This document shows positions 39,901 through 53,500 of a DNA stretch of 64,000 nucleotides, in pieces. This DNA comes from the human T2T-CHM13v2.0 reference genome, Homo sapiens. Where the stretch lies: the NCBI RefSeq assembly GCF_009914755.1, contig NC_060927.1; one strand, written 5' to 3'. Position 1 is the first letter of the stretch. Each line of letters opens with the position of its first letter. Both the position numbers and the translations under genes were made by a program. The notes under the pieces were generated by a model, which saw only the letters and a list, made by a program, of their open reading frames with translations, was not told the origin of the DNA and ran no database searches.

Positions 39901-42692
39901 CAACCGTAGGCTTCAAAGCACTCAAAGTATTCACTTGGAACTTTTACAAAAAGAGTGTTAGAAAACTGCTCTTTCCAAAGTAAGGTTCAACTCTGTGAGT
40001 TGAATGCACACATAACAATCAAGAAGTTTCTGAGAATTCTTCTGTCCTGGTTTATATGAAAAAATCCCGTTTCCAACGAAGGCCTCAAAGACGTTTAAAT
40101 ATCCACTTGCAGACTTCACAAACAGAGGGTTTCCAAACTGCTCTATGAAAAGAAAGGTTAAACTCTGTGAGTTGAACGCACACATCACAAAGTAGCTTCT
40201 GAGAATGATACTGTCTAGTTTTTATACGAAGATATTTCCTTTCTACCATTGGCGTCAAAGCGCTAGAATTCTCCACTTGCAAATTCCACAAAAAGAGTGT
40301 TTCCAATCGGCTCTGTCTAAAGGAAGGTTCAACTCTGTGAGTTGAATACACACACACAAAGAAGCTACTGAGAATTCTTTTTTCAAGAAATTATAAGAAG
40401 AAATCCCGTTTCCAACGAAGGCCTCAAAGAGTTCCAAATATCCACTTGCACACTGCACAAACTAAGTCTTTCCAAACTGCTCTATGCAAAGAAATGTTCA
40501 ACTCTGTGAGTTTAATACACACATCACAAAGCAGTTTCTGAGAATGATACTGTCTAGTTTTTATACGAAGATATTTCCTTTTGTACCATTGGCCTCATAC
40601 TGCTAGAATTTTCCACTTGCAAATTCCACAAAAAGAGTGTTTCCAATCCGCTCTGTCTAAAGGAAGGTTCAACTCTCTGATTTGAATACATACATCCCAA
40701 AAGAAGTTACTGAGAATTCTTCTGTCTAGCATTATGTGAAGAAATCCCGTTTCCAACGAAAGCCTCAAAGAGGTCCAAATATCCAGTTGCAGAATTTACA
40801 AACTGACTGTTTCCAAACTCATCTATGAAAAGAAAGGTTAAACTCTGTGAGTTGAATGCACATATCACAAAGTAGTTCCTGAGAATGATTCTGTCTAGTT
40901 TTCATACGAAGATATTTCCTTTTCCACCAATGGCCTCAAAGTGCTTGAAATCTCCCCTTGCAAATTCCACAGACAAGTGTTTCAAATCTGCACTGTCTAA
41001 AGGAAGGTTCAACCCTGTGAGTTGAATACACACACACAGAAAAAAATTCACTGAGAATTCTATTGTCTATCATTACACGAAGAAATCCCGTTTACTACGA
41101 AGGCCTCAAAGAGGTCCAAATATCCAGCTGCAGACATTACAAACTGAGTATTTCCAAAGTGCTCTATGAAAAGAAGTGTTAAACACTGTGAGTTCAATGC
41201 ACACATCCCAAAGCAGTTTCTGAGAATGATTCCGTCTATTTTTTCTACGAAGATATTTCCTTTTCTGCCGTTGGCCTCAAAGCGCTTGAAATCTCCACTT
41301 GCAAATTCCACAAAAAGAGAGTTTCAAATCTGCTCTGTCTAAAGGAAGGTTCAACTCTGTGAGTTGAATACACACCACAAAAAGAAGTTACTGAGAATTC
41401 TTCTGTCTAGCATTATATGAAAAATCCCGTTTCCAACGAAGGCCACAAAGAGGTCCAAATATCCACTTGCAGATTCTGCAAAAAGAGTGTTTCCAAACTG
41501 CTCTATGAAAAGAAACGTTAAACTCTGTGAGTTGAACGCAAACATCACAAAGTAGTTTCTGAGAATGACTCCGTCTAGTTTTTATACGAAGATATTTCCT
41601 TTCCTACCATTCACTTCAAAGCGCTTGAAGTCTCCCCCTGAAAATTCCACAAAAAGTGTTTCCAATCTGCTCCGCCTAAAGGAAGCTTCAACTCTGTGAC
41701 TTGAATACCCACAACCCAAAGAAGTTACTGAGAATTCTTCTGTCTAGCATTATATGAAGAAATCCCGTTTCCAACGAAGGCCTCAAATACATCCAAATAT
41801 CCAGTTGCTGACTTTACAAACTGAGTGTTTCCAAACTGCTCTATGAAAAGAAAGGTTAAACACTGTGAGTTGAACACACACGTACCAAAGTAGTTTCTGA
41901 GAATGATTCTGTCTAGTTTGCATACGAAGATATTTCCTTTTCTACCATTGGCCTCAAAGCTCTGAAATCTCCACTTGCAAATTCCACAAAAAGAGAGTTT
42001 CAAATCTGCTGTTTCTAAAGGAAAGTTCAACTCTGAGAGTTGAATACACACCAGAAAAAGCAGTTACTGAGAAGTCTTCTGTCTAGCATTATATGAAGAA
42101 ATCCCATTTCCAACGAAGACTTCAAAGAGGTCCAAATATCCACTTGCAGATTCTGCAAAAAGAGTGTTTCGAAACAACTGTATGAAAAGAAAGGTTAAAC
42201 ACTGTGAGTTGAACGCACACATTGCAAAGCGGTTTCTGAGAATGATTCCGTCTAATTATTATACGAAGGTATTTCCTTTTCTATCATTGGCCTCAAAGCG
42301 CTTGATACCTCCACCTGAAAATTCCACAAAAAGAGTGTTTCCAATCTACTCTGTCTAAAGGAACGTTCAACTCTGTGAGTTGAATACACACACACAGAAA
42401 GAATTCACTGAGAATTCTTCTGTCTGGCATTACATGAAGAAATCCCGTTTCCAATGAAGGCCTCAAAGAGGTCCAAATATCCACTTGCAGATTCTGCAAA
42501 AAGAGTGTTTCAAAACCGCTCCATTAAAAGGAATGTTGAACTCTGTGAGTTGAATGCAAACATCACAACTCAGTTTCTGAGAATGCTTCTGACTAGATTT
42601 TATGGTAAGATATTTCCTTTTCTACCGTAGGCTTCAATGCCCTCTAAATACACCCTTGCAAATTCTACAAAGAGACTGTTTCATAACTGCTC
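36909..42692 (-). repeat. HOR units 14-15, 17-mers of 2892 bp
   Basis: The period is 2892, and both units carry the 'ttttttcaagaaatt' +1-bp allele (about 37490 and 40382). Confidence 0.92.
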
Positions 42693-44568
42693 TATAGGAA
42701 GAAAGGTTCAACACTGTGAGTTGAATGCAGAGATCACAACGTGGTTTCTGCGAATGATTCTTTGTAGTTTTTACATGAAGATATTTCGTTGTCAACCGTA
42801 GGCTTCAAAGCACTCAAAGTATTCACTTGGAACTTTTACAAAAAGAGTGTTAGAAAACTGCTCTTTCCAAAGTAAGGTTCAACTCTGTGAGTTGAATGCA
42901 CACATAACAATCAAGAAGTTTCTGAGAATTCTTCTGTCCTGGTTTATATGAAAAAATCCCGTTTCCAACGAAGGCCTCAAAGACGTTTAAATATCCACTT
43001 GCAGACTTCACAAACAGAGGGTTTCCAAACTGCTCTATGAAAAGAAAGGTTAAACTCTGTGAGTTTAATACACACATCACAAAGCAGTTTCTGAGAATGA
43101 TACTGTCTAGTTTTTATACGAAGATATTTCCTTTCTACCATTGGCGTCAAAGCGCTAGAATTCTCCACTTGCAAATTCCACAAAAAGAGTGTTTCCAAAC
43201 CGCTCTGTCTAAAGGAAAGTTCAACTCTCTGATTTGAATACATACATCCCAAAAGAAGTTACTGAGAATTCTTCTGTCTAGCATTATGTGAAGAAATCCC
43301 GTTTCCAACCAAAGCCTCAAAGAGGTCCAAATATCCAGTTGCAGAATTTACAAACTGACTGTTTCCAAACTCATCTATGAAAAGAAAGGTTAAACTCTGT
43401 GAGTTGAATGCACATATCACAAAGTAGTTCCTGAGAATGATTCTGTCTAGTTTTCATACGAAGATATTTCCTTTTCCACCAATGGCCTCAAAGTGCTTGA
43501 AATCTCCCCTTGCAAATTCCACAGACAAGTGTTTCAAATCTGCACTGTCTAAAGGAAGGTTCAACCCTGTGAGTTGAATACACACACACAGAAAAAAATT
43601 CACTGAGAATTCTATTGTCTATCATTACACGAAGAAATCCCGTTTACCACGAAGGCCTCAAAGAGGTCCAAATATCCAGCTGCAGACATTACAAACTGAG
43701 TGTTTCCAAAGTGCTCTATGAAAAGAAGTGTTAAACACTTTGAGTTCAATGCACACATCCCAAAGCAGTTTCTGAGAATGATGCCGTCTATTTTTTCTAC
43801 GAAGATATTTCCTTTTCTGCCGTTGGCCTCAAAGCGCTTGAAATCTCCACTTGCAAATTCCACAAAAAGAGAGTTTCAAATCTGCTGTTTCTAAAGGAAA
43901 GTTCAACTCTGAGAGTTGAATACACACCAGAAAAAGCAGTTACTGAGAAGTCTTCTGTCTAGCATTATATGAAGAAATCCCATTTCCAACGAAGACTTCA
44001 AAGAGGTCCAAATATCCACTTGCAGATTCTGCAAAAAGAGTGTTTCGAAACAACTGTATGAAAAGAAAGGTTAAACACTGTGAGTTGAACGCACACATTG
44101 CAAAGCAGTTTCTGAGAATGATTCCGTCTAATTATTATACGAAGGTATTTCCTTTTCTATCATTGGCCTCAAAGCGCTTGATACCTCCACCTGAAAATTC
44201 CACAAAAAGAGTGTTTCCAATCTACTCTGTCTAAAGGAACGTTCAACTCTGTGAGTTGAATACACACACACAGAAAGAATTCACTGAGAATTCTTCTGTC
44301 TGGCATTACATGAAGAAATCCCGTTTCCAACGAAGGCCTCAAAGAGGTCCAAATATCCACTTGCAGATTCTGCAAAAAGAGTGTTTCAAAACCGCTCCAT
44401 TAAAAGGAATGTTGAACTCTGTGAGTTGAATGCAAACATCACAACTCAGTTTCTGAGAATGCTTCTGACTAGATTTTATGGTAAGATATTTCCTTTTCTA
44501 CCGTAGGCTTCAATGCCCTCTAAATACACCCTTGCAAATTCTACAAAGAGACTGTTTCATAACTGCTC
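42693..44568 (-). repeat. HOR unit 16: 11-mer variant (1876 bp; 2-monomer plus 4-monomer deletions)
   Basis: The period is 1876 (ORF 42850 to 44726). There is a 339-bp loss at about 43054-43200, plus the same 676-bp loss as unit 13 at 43839-43886. Confidence 0.93.
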
Positions 44569-47500
44569 TATAGGAAGAAAGGTTGAACTCTGTGAGTTGA
44601 ATGCAGAGATCACAACGTGGTTTCTGCGAATGATTCTTTGTAGTTTTTACATGAAGATATTTCGTTGTCAACCGTAGGCTTCAAAGCACTCAAAGTATTC
44701 ACTTGGAACTTTTACAAAACGAGTGTTAGGAAACTGCTCTTTCCAAAGTAAGGTTCAACTCTGTGAGTTGAATGCACACATAACAATCAAGAAGTTTCTG
44801 AGAATTCTTCTGTCCTGGTTTATATGAAAAAATCCCGTTTCCAACGAAGGCCTCAAAGACGTTTAAATATCCACTTGCAGACTTCACAAACAGAGGGTTT
44901 CCAAACTGCTCTATGAAAAGAAAGGTTAAACTCTGTGAGTTGAACGCACACATCACAAAGTAGCTTCTGAGAATGATACTGTCTAGTTTTTATACGAAGA
45001 TATTTCCTTTCTACCATTGGCGTCAAAGCGCTAGAATTCTCCACTTGCAAATTCCACAAAAAGAGTGTTTCCAATCTGCTCTGTCTAAAGGAAGGTTCAA
45101 CTCTGTGAGTTGAATACACACACACAAAGAAGCTACTGAGAATTCTTTTTTCAAGAAATTATAAGAAGAAATCCCGTTTCCAACGAAGGCCTCAAAGAGT
45201 TCCAAATATCCACTTGCACACTGCACAAACTAAGTCTTTCCAAACTGCTCTATGCAAAGAAATGTTCAACTCTGTGAGTTTAATACACACATCACAAAGC
45301 AGTTTCTGAGAATGATACTGTCTAGTTTTTATACGAAGATATTTCCTTTTGTACCATTGGCCTCATACTGCTAGAATTTTCCACTTGCAAATTCCACAAA
45401 AAGAGTGTTTCCAATCCGCTCTGTCTAAAGGAAGGTTCAACTCTCTGATTTGAATACATACATCCCAAAAGAAGTTACTGAGAATTCTTCTGTCTAGCAT
45501 TATGTGAAGAAATCCCGTTTCCAACGAAAGCCTCAAAGAGGTCCAAATATCCAGTTGCAGAATTTACAAACTGACTGTTTCCAAACTCATCTATGAAAAG
45601 AAAGGTTAAACTCTGGGAGTTGAATGCACATATCACAAAGTAGTTCCTGAGAATGATTCTGTCTAGTTTTTATACGAAGATATTTCCTTTTCCACCAATG
45701 GCCTCAAAGTGCTTGAAATCTCCCCTTGCAAATTCCACAGACAAGTGTTTCAAATCTGCACTGTCTAAAGGAAGGTTCAACCCTGTGAGTTGAATACACA
45801 CACACAGAAAAAAATTCACTGAGAATTCTATTGTCTATCATTACACGAAGAAATCCCGTTTACTACGAAGGCCTCAAAGAGGTCCAAATATCCAGCTGCA
45901 GACATTACAAACTGAGTGTTTCCAAAGTGCTCTATGAAAAGAAGTGTTAAACACTGTGAGTTCAATGCACACATCCCAAAGCAGTTTCTGAGAATGATGC
46001 CGTCTATTTTTTCTACGAAGATATTTCCTTTTCTGCCGTTGGCCTCAAAGCGCTTGAAATCTCCACTTGCAAATTCCACAAAAAGAGAGTTTCAAATCTG
46101 CTCTGTCTAAAGGAAGGTTCAACTCTGTGAGTTGAATACACACCACAAAAAGAAGTTACTGAGAATTCTTCTGTCTAGCATTATATGAAAAATCCCGTTT
46201 CCAACGAAGGCCACAAAGAGGTCCAAATATCCACTTGCAGATTCTGCAAAAAGAGTGTTTCCAAACTGCTCTATGAAAAGAAACGTTAAACTCTGTGAGT
46301 TGAACGCAAACATCACAAAGTAGTTTCTGAGAATGACTCCGTCTAGTTTTTATACGAAGATATTTCCTTTCCTACCATTCACTTCAAAGCGCTTGAAGTC
46401 TCCCCCTGAAAATTCCACAAAAAGTGTTTCCAATCTGCTCCACCTAAAGGAAGCTTCAACTCTGTGAGTTGAATACCCACAACCCAAAGAAGTTACTGAG
46501 AATTCTTCTGTCTAGCATTATATGAAGAAATCCCGTTTCCAACGAAGGCCTCAAATACATCCTAATATCCAGTTGCTGACTTTACAAACTGAGTGTTTCC
46601 AAACTGCTCTATGAAAAGAAAGGTTAAACACTGTGAGTTGAACACACACGTACCAAAGTAGTTTCTGAGAATGATTCTGTCTAGTTTGCATACGAAGATA
46701 TTTCCTTTTCTACCATTGGCCTCAAAGCTCTGAAATCTCCACTTGCAAATTCCACAAAAAGAGAGTTTCAAATCTGCTGTTTCTAAAGGAAAGTTCAACT
46801 CTGAGAGTTGAATACACACCAGAAAAAGCAGTTACTGAGAAGTCTTCTGTCTAGCATTATATGAAGAAATCCCATTTCCAACGAAGACTTCAAAGAGGTC
46901 CAAATATCCACTTGCAGATTCTGCAAAAAGAGTGTTTCGAAACAACTGTATGAAAAGAAAGGTTAAACACTGTGAGTTGAACGCACACATTGCAAAGCGG
47001 TTTCTGAGAATGATTCCGTCTAATTATTATACGAAGGTATTTCCTTTTCTATCATTGGCCTCAAAGCGCTTGATACCTCCACCTGAAAATTCCACAAAAA
47101 GAGTGTTTCCAATCTACTCTGTCTAAAGGAACGTTCAACTCTGTGAGTTGAATACACACACACAGAAAGAATTCACTGAGAATTCTTCTGTCTGGCATTA
47201 CATGAAGAAATCCCGTTTCCAACGAAGGCCTCAAAGAGGTCCAAATATCCACTTGCAGATTCTGCAAAAAGAGTGTTTCAAAACCGCTCCATTAAAAGGA
47301 ATGTTGAACTCTGTGAGTTGAATGCAAACATCACAACTCAGTTGCTGAGAATGCTTCTGACTAGATTTTATGGTAAGATATTTCCTTTTCTACCGTAGGC
47401 TTCAATGCCCTCTAAATACACCCTTGCAAATTCTACAAAGAGACTGTTTCATAACTGCTCTATAGGAAGAAAGGTTGAACTCTGTGAGTTGAATGCAGAG

Positions 47501-50500
47501 ATCACAACGTGGTTTCTGCGAATGATTCTTTGTAGTTTTTACATGAAGATATTTCGTTGTCAACCGTAGGCTTCAAAGCACTCAAAGTATTCACTTGGAA
47601 CTTTTACAAAAAGAGTGTTAGAAAACTGCTCTTTCCAAAGTAAGGTTCAACTCTGTGAGTTGAATGCACACATAACAATCAAGAAGTTTCTGAGAATTCT
47701 TCTGTCCTGGTTTATATGAAAAAATCCCGTTTCCAACGAAGGCCTCAAAGACGTTTAAATATCCACTTGCAGACTTCACAAACAGAGGGTTTCCAAACTG
47801 CTCTATGAAAAGAAAGGTTAAACTCTGTGAGTTGAACGCACACATCACAAAGTAGCTTCTGAGAATGATACTGTCTAGTTTTTATACGAAGATATTTCCT
47901 TTCTACCATTGGCGTCAAAGCGCTAGAATTCTCCACTTGCAAATTCCACAAAAAGAGTGTTTCCAATCGGCTCTGTCTAAAGGAAGGTTCAACTCTGTGA
48001 GTTGAATACACACACACAAAGAAGCTACTGAGAATTCTTTTTTCAAGAAATTATAAGAAGAAATCCCGTTTCCAACGAAGGCCTCAAAGAGTTCCAAATA
48101 TCCACTTGCACACTGCACAAACTAAGTCTTTCCAAACTGCTCTATGCAAAGAAATGTTCAACTCTGTGAGTTTAATACACACATCACAAAGCAGTTTCTG
48201 AGAATGATACTGTCTAGTTTTTATACGAAGATATTTCCTTTTGTACCATTGGCCTCATACTGCTAGAATTTTCCACTTGCAAATTCCACAAAAAGAGTGT
48301 TTCCAATCCGCTCTGTCTAAAGGAAGGTTCAACTCTCTGATTTGAATACATACATCCCAAAAGAAGTTACTGAGAATTCTTCTGTCTAGCATTATGTGAA
48401 GAAATCCCGTTTCCAACGAAAGCCTCAAAGAGGTCCAAATATCCAGTTGCAGAATTTACAAACTGACTGTTTCCAAACTCATCTATGAAAAGAAAGGTTA
48501 AACTCTGTGAGTTGAATGCACATATCACAAAGTAGTTCCTGAGAATGATTCTGTCTAGTTTTCATACGAAGATATTTCCTTTTCCACCAATGGCCTCAAA
48601 GTGCTTGAAATCTCCCCTTGCAAATTCCACAGACAAGTGTTTCAAATCTGCACTGTCTAAAGGAAGGTTCAACCCTGTGAGTTGAATACACACACACAGA
48701 AAAAAATTCACTGAGAATTCTATTGTCTATCATTACACGAAGAAATCCCGTTTACTACGAAGGCCTCAAAGAGGTCCAAATATCCAGCTGCAGACATTAC
48801 AAACTGAGTATTTCCAAAGTGCTCTATGAAAAGAAGTGTTAAACACTGTGAGTTCAATGCACACATCCCAAAGCAGTTTCTGAGAATGATTCCGTCTATT
48901 TTTTCTACGAAGATATTTCCTTTTCTGCCGTTGGCCTCAAAGCGCTTGAAATCTCCACTTGCAAATTCCACAAAAAGAGAGTTTCAAATCTGCTCTGTCT
49001 AAAGGAAGGTTCAACTCTGTGAGTTGAATACACACCACAAAAAGAAGTTACTGAGAATTCTTCTGTCTAGCATTATATGAAAAATCCCGTTTCCAACGAA
49101 GGCCACAAAGAGGTCCAAATATCCACTTGCAGATTCTGCAAAAAGAGTGTTTCCAAACTGCTCTATGAAAAGAAACGTTAAACTCTGTGAGTTGAACGCA
49201 AACATCACAAAGTAGTTTCTGAGAATGACTCCGTCTAGTTTTTATACAAAGATATTTCCTTTCCTACCATTCACTTCAAAGCGCTTGAAGTCTCCCCCTG
49301 AAAATTCCACAAAAAGTGTTTCCAATCTGCTCCGCCTAAAGGAAGCTTCAACTCTGTGACTTGAATACCCACAACCCAAAGAAGTTACTGAGAATTCTTC
49401 TGTCTAGCATTATATGAAGAAATCCCGTTTCCAACGAAGGCCTCAAATACATCCAAATATCCAGTTGCTGACTTTACAAACTGAGTGTTTCCAAACTGCT
49501 CTATGAAAAGAAAGGTTAAACACTGTGAGTTGAACACACACGTACCAAAGTAGTTTCTGAGAATGATTCTGTCTAGTTTGCATACGAAGATATTTCCTTT
49601 TCTACCATTGGCCTCAAAGCTCTGAAATCTCCACTTGCAAATTCCACAAAAAGAGAGTTTCAAATCTGCTGTTTCTAAAGGAAAGTTCAACTCTGAGAGT
49701 TGAATACACACCAGAAAAAGCAGTTACTGAGAAGTCTTCTGTCTAGCATTATATGAAGAAATCCCATTTCCAACGAAGACTTCAAAGAGGTCCAAATATC
49801 CACTTGCAGATTCTGCAAAAAGAGTGTTTCGAAACAACTGTATGAAAAGAAAGGTTAAACACTGTGAGTTGAACGCACACATTGCAAAGCGGTTTCTGAG
49901 AATGATTCCGTCTAATTATTATACGAAGGTATTTCCTTTTCTATCATTGGCCTCAAAGCGCTTGATACCTCCACCTGAAAATTCCACAAAAAGAGTGTTT
50001 CCAATCTACTCTGTCTAAAGGAACGTTCAACTCTGTGAGTTGAATACACACACACAGAAAGAATTCACTGAGAATTCTTCTGTCTGGCATTACATGAAGA
50101 AATCCCGTTTCCAACGAAGGCCTCAAAGAGGTCCAAATATCCACTTGCAGATTCTGCAAAAAGAGTGTTTCAAAACCGCTCCATTAAAAGGAATGTTGAA
50201 CTCTGTGAGTTGAATGCAAACATCACAACTCAGTTTCTGAGAATGCTTCTGACTAGATTTTATGGTAAGATATTTCCTTTTCTACCGTAGGCTTCAATGC
50301 CCTCTAAATACACCCTTGCAAATTCTACAAAGAGACTGTTTCATAACTGCTCTATAGGAAGAAAGGTTGAACTCTGTGAGTTGAATGCAGAGATCACAAC
50401 GTGGTTTCTGCGAATGATTCTTTGTAGTTTTTACATGAAGATATTTCGTTGTCAACCGTAGGCTTCAAAGCACTCAAAGTATTCACTTGGAACTTTTACA

Positions 50501-53500
50501 AAAAGAGTATTAGAAAACTGCTCTTTCCAAAGTAAGGTTCAACTCTGTGAGTTGAATGCACACATAACAATCAAGAAGTTTCTGAGAATTCTTCTGTCCT
50601 GTTTTATATGAAAAAATCCCGTTTCCAACGAAGGCCTCAAAGACGTTTAAATATCCACTTGCAGACTTCACAAACAGAGGGTTTCCAAACTGCTCTATGA
50701 AAAGAAAGGTTAAACTCTGTGAGTTGAACGCACACATCACAAAGTAGCTTCTGAGAATGATACTGTCTAGTTTTTATACGAAGATATTTCCTTTCTACCA
50801 TTGGCGTCAAAGCGCTAGAATTCTCCACTTGCAAATTCCACAAAAAGAGTGTTTCCAATCGGCTCTGTCTAAAGGAAGGTTCAACTCTGTGAGTTGAATA
50901 CACACACACAAAGAAGCTACTGAGAATTCTTTTGTCAAGAATTATAAGAAGAAATCCCGTTTCCAACGAAGGCCTCAAAGAGTTCCAAATATCCACTTGC
51001 ACACTGCACAAACTAAGTCTTTCCAAACTGCTCTATGCAAAGAAATGTTCAACTCTGTGAGTTTAATACACACATCACAAAGCAGTTTCTGAGAATGATA
51101 CTGTCTAGTTTTTATACGAAGATATTTCCTTTTGTACCATTGGCCTCATACTGCTAGAATTTTCCACTTGCAAATTCCACAAAAAGAGTGTTTCCAATCC
51201 GCTCTGTCTAAAGGAAGGTTCAACTCTCTGATTTGAATACATACATCCCAAAAGAAGTTACTGAGAATTCTTCTGTCTAGCATTATGTGAAGAAATCCCG
51301 TTTCCAACGAAAGCCTCAAAGAGGTACAAATATCCAGTTGCAGAATTTACAAACTGACTGTTTCCAAACTCATCTATGAAAAGAAAGGTTAAACTCTGTG
51401 AGTTGAATGCACATATCACAAAGTAGTTCCTGAGAATGATTCTGTCTAGTTTTCATACGAAGATATTTCCTTTTCCACCAATGGCCTCAAAGTGCTTGAA
51501 ATCTCCCCTTGCAAATTCCACAGACAAGTGTTTCAAATCTGCACTGTCTAAAGGAAGGTTCAACCCTGTGAGTTGAATACACACACACAGAAAAAAATTC
51601 ACTGAGAATTCTATTGTCTATCATTACACGAAGAAATCCCGTTTACCACGAAGGCCTCAAAGAGGTCCAAATATCCAGCTGCAGACATTACAAACTGAGT
51701 GTTTCCAAAGTGCTCTATGAAAAGAAGTGTTAAACACTGTGAGTTCAATGCACACATCCCAAAGCAGTTTCTGAGAATGATTCCGTCTATTTTTTCTACG
51801 AAGATATTTCCTTTTCTGCCGTTGGCCTCAAAGCGCTTGAAATCTCCACTTGCAAATTCCACAAAAAGAGAGTTTCAAATCTGCTCTGTCTAAAGGAAGG
51901 TTCAACTCTGTGAGTTGAATACACACCACAAAAAGAAGTTACTGAGAATTCTTCTGTCTAGCATTATATGAAAAATCCCGTTTCCAACGAAGGCCACAAA
52001 GAGGTCCAAATATCCACTTGCAGATTCTGCAAAAAGAGTGTTTCCAAACTGCTCTATGAAAAGAAACGTTAAACTCTGTGAGTTGAACGCAAACATCACA
52101 AAGTAGTTTCTGAGAATGACTCCGTCTAGTTTTTATACGAAGATATTTCCTTTCCTACCATTCACTTCAAAGCGCTTGAAGTCTCCCCCTGAAAATTCCA
52201 CAAAAAGTGTTTCCAATCTGCTCCGCCTAAAGGAAGCTTCAACTCTGTGACTTGAATACCCACAACCCAAAGAAGTTACTGAGAATTCTTCTGTCTAGCA
52301 TTATATGAAGAAATCCCGTTTCCAACGAAGGCCTCAAATACATCCAAATATCCAGTTGCTGACTTTACAAACTGAGTGTTTCCAAACTGCTCTATGAAAA
52401 GAAAGGTTAAACACTGTGAGTTGAACACACACGTACCAAAGTAGTTTCTGAGAATGATTCTGTCTAGTTTGCATACGAAGATATTTCCTTTTCTACCATT
52501 GGCCTCAAAGCTCTGAAATCTCCACTTGCAAATTCCACAAAAAGAGAGTTTCAAATCTGCTGTTTCTAAAGGAAAGTTCAACTCTGAGAGTTGAATACAC
52601 ACCAGAAAAAGCAGTTACTGAGAAGTCTTCTGTCTAGCATTATATGAAGAAATCCCATTTCCAACGAAGACTTCAAAGAGGTCCAAATATCCACTTGCAG
52701 ATTCTGCAAAAAGAGTGTTTCGAAACAACTGTATGAAAAGAAAGGTTAAACACTGTGAGTTGAACGCACACATTGCAAAGCGGTTTCTGAGAATGATTCC
52801 GTCTAATTATTATACGAAGGTATTTCCTTTTCTATCATTGGCCTCAAAGCGCTTGATACCTCCACCTGAAAATTCCACAAAAAGAGTGTTTCCAATCTAC
52901 TCTGTCTAAAGGAACGTTCAACTCTGTGAGTTGAATACACACACACAGAAAGAATTCACTGAGAATTCTTCTGTCTGGCATTACATGAAGAAATCCCGTT
53001 TCCAACGAAGGCCTCAAAGAGGTCCAAATATCCACTTGCAGATTCTGCAAAAAGAGTGTTTCAAAACCGCTCCATTAAAAGGAATGTTGAACTCTGTGAG
53101 TTGAATGCAAACATCACAACTCAGTTTCTGAGAATGCTTCTGACTAGATTTTATGGTAAGATATTTCCTTTTCTACCGTAGGCTTCAATGCCCTCTAAAT
53201 ACACCCTTGCAAATTCTACAAAGAGACTGTTTCATAACTGCTCTATAGGAAGAAAGGTTGAACTCTGTGAGTTGAATGCAGAGATCACAACGTGGTTTCT
53301 GCGAATGATTCTTTGTAGTTTTTACATGAAGATATTTCGTTGTCAACCGTAGGCTTCAAAGCACTCAAAGTATTCACTTGGAACTTTTACAAAAAGAGTG
53401 TTAGAAAACTGCTCTTTCCAAAGTAAGGTTCAACTCTGTGAGTTGAATGCACACATAACAATCAAGAAGTTTCTGAGAATTCTTCTGTCCTGGTTTATAT

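Larger units (their letters stand above)
35651..50360. repeat. Near-tandem multi-HOR duplication: about 35651-42700 and 43311-50360, offset 7660 bp
   Basis: Rare variants recur at exactly +7660 (36080/43740, 36226/43886, 38782/46442, 38903/46563, 40309/47969, 41150/48810). Boundaries are approximate. Confidence 0.85.
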
